This document shows positions 58,400 to 64,000 of a stretch of DNA of 64,000 nucleotides, piece by piece (the first letter of the stretch is position 1; every line of letters starts with the position of its first letter). Origin of the DNA: Thermoanaerobaculia bacterium (lineage in GTDB: Bacteria; Acidobacteriota; Thermoanaerobaculia; Multivoradales; Multivoraceae); NCBI GenBank assembly GCA_965232105.1, contig OZ246956.1, positions 4,596,408 through 4,660,407 of the forward strand. Reading direction: 5' to 3'. The notes below the pieces were generated by a model. It was not told where the DNA came from. It saw nothing but the letters and a program-made list of their open reading frames with translations, and did no database searches. The translations under genes were made by a program, and so were the position numbers.

Positions 58400-61300
58400 A
58401 TGAGCAACCCCCTCAGGCAACGCATCCTCTGGACCGTCCTGGTCGCCGCCGCGACGGCTACCGCGACGTGGGCGGTCGACGTCTCGGACACCCGGCTCCT
58501 GTCCCAACCCGCGGTCAGCGACGAACACGTGGTCTTCGCCTACGCCGGCGACCTCTGGATCACCAGCCGCGACGGCGGATCTTCCCGGCGCCTGACTTCC
58601 CACCCGGGCAACGAGACGAGCCCCCGGTTCTCGCCCGACGGCTCGCTCGTCGCCTTCAGCGGCGAGTACGACGGCAACGTCGACGTGTTCGTCATTCCGG
58701 CCGCCGGCGGCGAGCCGAAGCGCCTGACCTGGCACCCGGGCGCCGATCTCGTCCAGGCGTTCACCCCCTCCGGCTCGGCGGTGCTCTTCGCCTCCCAGCG
58801 CAGCATGTTCACGAACCGTCACTTCCAGCTCTTCACCGTCCCGCTGACCGGCGGTCTGCCCGCGAAGCTGCCGATCCCGCACGGTCTGCGCGCCAGCTAC
58901 TCGCCGGACGGCAGCCGGATCGCCTACATTCCCACGCCCGAGCGTTTCCAGCAGTGGAAGAACTACCGCGGCGGCACGACCTCGCGAATCTGGATCTACA
59001 ACACTGGCGACCACTCGGTGCAGACGATCCCGCAGCCCGAGGGCCGCTCGAACGACACGAACCCGACCTGGATCGGCAGCCGTGTCTTCTTCCGCTCCGA
59101 CCGGGACGGCGAGTTCAACCTGTTCTCCTTCGACACCGGAAGCGGCGAGATCGTCCGGCACTCGGACTTCGAGGACTTCCACGTCGAGAATCTCTCAGGG
59201 TCCGCGGACACATTGATCTACGAACAGGCCGGCTACCTGCATCTCTACGACCCGGGTTCGGACCGCCACGAACGGCTACGGATCGGCGTCGCCGCGGACC
59301 TGACCGAAACCCGGCCCCGCTGGGTCGAGGGCCCCGAGTACATTCGCAGCGCCTCGATCTCACCCTCCGGGGCCCGCGCGGTCTTCGGCTATCGCGGCGA
59401 CATCCTCACGCTCCCCGCCAAGAAGGGCGACGCCCGCAACACGACCCGAACGTCCGCCATCCACGAGCGCTTTCCCGCCTGGTCGCCCGACGGCGCCAGC
59501 ATCGCCTTCTTTTCGGACGAGGGCGGCGAGTACGGGCTCCACGTCCGCGACCAGGACAGCGGCGAGGTCCGCCGCCACGAACTCGGCGGCGAGCGCGGCG
59601 GCAACGGCTTCTACGAGAACCCCGAGTGGTCGCCCGACGGCGAGCGGATCAGCTACGTCGACAATTCGATGTCCCTGTTCGTGATCGACGTCGAAAGCGG
59701 CGAGGTCGCCAAGATCGCCAGCGAGCACTACTACGGTCCCTCCGCTCCGGCGCGCGCCCCGGCCACTCCTGGTCGCCCGACTCGCGCTACATCGCCTACA
59801 CGCTGAACACCCGCTCCTACATGCAGCAGGTGTTCGTCTACGACGTGGAGGCCGGGACCTCCCATCCAGTGACCGACGGCCTGAGCGAGGTCGGCGAACC
59901 GGTGTTCGACCGCGGCGGCGACTACCTCTACTTCTCAGCCTCGACCGACGCCGGACCGGTGAAGCACTGGTTCGCCATGTCGAACGCCGACATGGAGGCG
60001 TCGAGTTCCATCTACGTCGCCGTCCTGCGCGCGGACGGCGAATCGCCCCTGGCCCCGGAGAGCGACGAGGAAGCCGTCGCGTCAGGCGGCGAGGAAGCGG
60101 ACGGCAAAACCAACGGGGACGAGGAAGCCGACGCCGAAGGAGAAGGCAACGAAGACGAAGACGAGGACCGGGTCGAGATCGACTTCGAGGGGCTCAACCA
60201 GCGCATCCTGGCGCTTCCCGTCCAGACCGGCGGCTACGGCAATCTGGAGGCCGGCGCCGCCGGCAAGCTCTACTACCTCCGCAGTTCGCCCGCCGGCAGG
60301 TTCGGGGGCGGCGGCGGCGATCTCGTCCGCTTCGACCTCGACGAGCGCGAGGAGACGGTCCTGCTCTCGGGGGTCGTCGGCTTCTCCCTCAGCGCCGACG
60401 GCAAGAAGCTGCTCTACGCCGGCCGGAACGACTTCGGCATCGCGGACGCCGGCGGCAAGATCGACCGCGCGAAGAGCGCGATCCCGACCGACAAGCTGAC
60501 GGTGCGCATCGACCCGCGGGCCGAATGGCAGCAGATCTACGACGAGGTCTGGCGGATCAACCGCGACTACTTCTACGACCCCGGCATGCACGGCGCGGAC
60601 TGGGCGGCGATGGCCGAGAAGTACAGCGGCTTCCTGACCGACGTCACGTCCCGGGCCGACCTGAACAGGGTGCTGCGCTGGATGTGCAGCGAGATCGCGG
60701 TCGGCCACCACCGCGTCGGCGGCGGCGACCAGCGCGCGGACCCGGAGCGGGTAGGCGGCGGGCTGCTCGGCGCCGACTTCGAGGTCGCCGACGGACGCTA
60801 CCGCTTCGCCCACGTGCTCGGCGGCCTGAACTGGAATCCGGAACTCCGCGCGCCGCTCACCGAGCCCGGCGTCTCGGTGACGACCGGCGAGTACCTGCTG
60901 GCGGTCGACGGAATCGATCTCGTGGCCGACGACAACGTGTTCGCCCGGTTCGAGAACACCGCCGGCAAGATCGTGGAACTGACCGTCGGCCCGAATGCGG
61001 ACGGCTCGGACTCGCGCACCGTCTCCGTGGTCCCGATCCCGAACGAGTCGGCGCTCCGCAACCGGGAGTGGGTCGAGCGCAACCTGGCCAAGGTCGAGGA
61101 AGCGACCGACGGCCGGGTCGCCTACGTCTACGTGCCGAACACGACCACCCTCGGCCACACGTACTTCAAGCGCTACTTCTTCCCGCAGGTCCACAAGCAG
61201 GCCCTGATCGTCGATGAGCGGTTCAACGGCGGCGGCCAGGTCGCCGACTACTACATCGACCACCTCCGGCGGCCCTACATCAGCCACTGGGCGACCCGTT

Positions 61301-61716
61301 ACGGCGCCGACTTCCGCACGCCGAGCGCGGCGATCCTGGGGCCGAAGGTCATGATCATCGACGAGACGGCCGGTTCGGGCGGCGACCTGCTGCCGTGGAT
61401 GTTCAACAAACTCGGTCTCGGCACCCTGGTCGGCAAGCGGACCTGGGGCGGCCTGGTCGGCACCCTCGGCTTCCCCGTCCTGATGGACGGCGGCTTCGTC
61501 ACCGCCCCGAACCTCGCGATCTGGACGGAGGACGGCTTCGTCGTCGAGAACGTCGGCGTGCCGCCCGACGTCGACGTCGAGCAGTGGCCCGCGGACGTCA
61601 TCGCCGGCCGCGACCCGCAACTCGAGAAGGCGATCGAGATCGTCCTCGAGCAACTCGAGGAGAACCCGCCCGCCGAACCGGTCAAACCACCCTTCCCCGT
61701 GCGGGTCCGCCGCTAG
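58400..61716 (+). CDS. Tricorn protease homolog (S41) with a single frameshift near 59740
   Basis: Propeller repeats, PDZ, DERFNGGG, AGSGGD, GKRTWGG, GV.PD; frame switch at GGTCCC|TCCGC. Confidence 0.9.
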
Positions 61717-61735
61717 GGTCGGCACGGCAACCGTC

Positions 61736-61777
61736 GGTGCGCCGGCCTTCTGGCCGGCATCGGGTCCGCGCGAAGCG
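61736..61777 (+). repeat. REP-like element
   Basis: GGTGCGCCGGCCTTCTGGCCGGCATC followed by CGCGAAGCG. Confidence 0.7.
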
Positions 61778-61797
61778 AAGCTACGGTCTGCGTCCAC

Positions 61798-62595
61798 ATG
61801 AACTTCTCCTACCTCCTCCCACGCATCCGCGCCGAGTGGCGCAAGACGATCGGGCGCGAGCTCTCCGAGGTCGACGTTCGTCCCCACTTCCGGGTGCGGG
61901 AACGACACTTCCGCTCGCCGCCGATGACGGCGGAGATGGTGGCCGCGATCGCCCGCCTGTCCCCCCAGTTCCACCTGGAAACAGGCGAGAGTTCGCGGGC
62001 GTTCTGGGAACTGACCCAGAACGGCTCCTGCTGGGGGGAGTTCGACGCCGCGGAGCCGGTGCTCCGGGCAATGCCGCGCCCAGCCAAGGCGCTCGACATC
62101 GGCTCCGGCCTGGGGCGCTCGACCGCCTTCTTCCAGCGCGCCTTGGGCTGGAGCGACACCGAGTTCCACCTCTACGACGGCGACGGTCCGCGCATCGACT
62201 ATCCGCGCAGCGCCGAGCGCACCGACCGCTCCTTCTGCGGCGACCTGAACACCCTCCGGGCGGTGCTCGAACACAACGAAGTCCCGAACTTCCGCATCTT
62301 CGACGCCCACGAGCTGGACCACCGCCTCGACGCCCTGCCGGGCCCGTACGACCTCGTCTACTCCTTCTACGCCGCCGGCTTCCACTGGTCCCTGGCCGAC
62401 TTCTGGAGCGAGTTCGAAGCGATCTCGCACGGGAGGACCGTCGGTATCTTCACGATCCACCGCAACTTCGAGGAGTTCCCGGCGCTACGGAACTGGGCCA
62501 CCCGCATCGTCCCCTTCGAGCGCAGCCTGATCAAGGACCGGCCCCACCGGCTGCTGATCGCCTCGCGCGACGACGAACTGCTGGCCGGCGTGTAG
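61798..62595 (+). CDS. Class I SAM-dependent methyltransferase-like protein
   Basis: ALDIGSGLGRS motif I, YDLVYS. Confidence 0.75.
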   Translation: MNFSYLLPRIRAEWRKTIGRELSEVDVRPHFRVRERHFRSPPMTAEMVAAIARLSPQFHLETGESSRAFWELTQNGSCWGEFDAAEPVLRAMPRPAKALDIGSGLGRSTAFFQRALGWSDTEFHLYDGDGPRIDYPRSAERTDRSFCGDLNTLRAVLEHNEVPNFRIFDAHELDHRLDALPGPYDLVYSFYAAGFHWSLADFWSEFEAISHGRTVGIFTIHRNFEEFPALRNWATRIVPFERSLIKDRPHRLLIASRDDELLAGV

Positions 62596-62696
62596 GCGCG
62601 ACGACGCTGACTTTGCAGACGACGCAACCACGCCAGGTGTTCCGGGCTCCCTGGTACGATCCGGCGGCCCCGGCCAGGACCTGACGAGAGCACACG

Positions 62697-64000
62697 ATGG
62701 AAGTACAGCCGACAACGGTGCGCCTTGCCTTCCCTCACGGGAAGCAGTACGCAATCCCCAGCTACCAGCGAAACTACGTCTGGACCCGCGATGGCCAGTG
62801 GGGGCCGCTCTGGGATGACCTGAAGACCTTGGCCGAACACTCCATCGAGGACTCCAGCACGAGGTCGCACTTTCTCGGCACGATCATTACGAAGCAAATA
62901 GGAACCCAGGGCTTTACGGATCGTTGGTCGGTAGTCGATGGGCAACAGCGCCTCACGACACTTCAGATTCTCATGGCGGCGGTTCGTGGTCGACATCCGG
63001 CTGGACCGTCAGGAGAACGGCCATGCAATCTTCGAAGCTCTGAATGCACGGGCTGAACCACTGACGGAGTGGGAGAAGACCAAGAACTACATCCTCTCGA
63101 TCGCGGCTCGGGATGATGACCCCGACGGCGACCGGGCCTACTCAGCGCATCTTGAGCGGTACGACAGCGATCCTTACTGGGACCAGTCCTTCTCCGAGCA
63201 GCGCTTCTCAGGGAAGCGCGTCGAGTACTTCCTGTTCTTCTTTGCTCAGATCGAGCTACCCAAGCGCCGCCATGAGGCGACTGGCAAGCCAGTCCTGGAC
63301 ACCCTGCCAAGAACCCGCCTCTATCGCGAGTTCCGGTCTGTCGGCGAGCATGACTACCGCCGCTCGCCAGAGGCCCTGCAGGGTTTCCTCCGGAGACTCA
63401 AGCGCTACGCGGACATTTACAGGCAGTTGGACGAGGCCAGCAGCGACACGTTCTCGGGCTACGCTCGGCTCGTCATGCATCGAAGACGCGGGCTCCGTCT
63501 CGCTTCTCTGATTCCAGTCTTCATGGTCCTCGTGGACAAGCTGGGCCACGACGAACGTCTAGATCGGGCGCTGCGAATCATCGACAGCTACTTGATGCGT
63601 AGAGTCGCAGTCAAGGCGAACTACTCCGGTTTTGACGACGTCGCCTTCCGCTTCGTGCAGGCACTTGCCGACACTGAGCCGAACGAAGTCGTAGCTGTCC
63701 TGATCCGACAGTTCGACCAGGCCACCACCTGGACGAGCCGATGGCCGAACGACGAAGAAGTAGGTGACCGCCTTCGGGAAACCGACATGTACCACCGATG
63801 CGCCGGCAAAGGGCTCTTGCTGAGCGGAATCGCCGAGCGGATGCACGACGAGCGTAGCGGCGACCTCACGATGCACTTCAGGCCCAAGGACAAGTTGACG
63901 GTCGAGCATGTCGCGCCGCAGAACTGGAACCGTCACTGGAAAAGCGAACTCGGCTTTGGCGACACCGACGAAGAGAGACACCGGTTGAACCGGCTCGTCC
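62697..64000 (+). pseudogene. GmrSD-type (DUF262 + DUF1524) restriction endonuclease, internally deleted/frameshifted, runs off window
   Basis: IPSYQRNYVW, HFLG, VVDGQQRLTT in one frame; IFEALNAR and LTVEHVAPQ in another frame from about 62983. Confidence 0.8.

Overview
GC-rich bacterial chromosomal window. By gene content (TonB-dependent receptors, tricorn protease, DUF6152 and PQQ-dehydrogenase genes, carboxypeptidase-regulatory-like repeat proteins) it is probably an Acidobacteriota-type diderm; this is inference. It holds about 45 CDS, mostly secreted or periplasmic redox and hydrolytic proteins, with many paralog pairs, plus a higBA toxin-antitoxin module and a broken GmrSD-type defence gene at the right edge. 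No rRNA, tRNA, CRISPR array, transposase or integrase was seen. Main signals: (1) an AhpD/CMD-like selenoprotein (CxxU plus a SECIS-like hairpin) that the ORF track splits in two, lying tail-to-tail with an unusual DUF547-radical SAM fusion, near a rhodanese, a cytochrome c-copper monooxygenase and copCD; (2) a REP-like palindrome family, two members of which carry the same 69-nt two-hairpin insert with compensatory base changes; (3) a sigma54 promoter whose leader displays an anti-Shine-Dalgarno loop matching the RBS of a second cytochrome c-copper monooxygenase; (4) four copies of an uncharacterised secreted 'PDLxGxW...YACHEGN'-type protein clustered with DUF6152 and a cytochrome c-PQQ dehydrogenase. 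Three genes carry frameshifts that may be assembly errors. All family assignments come from motif recognition by eye, not database searches.
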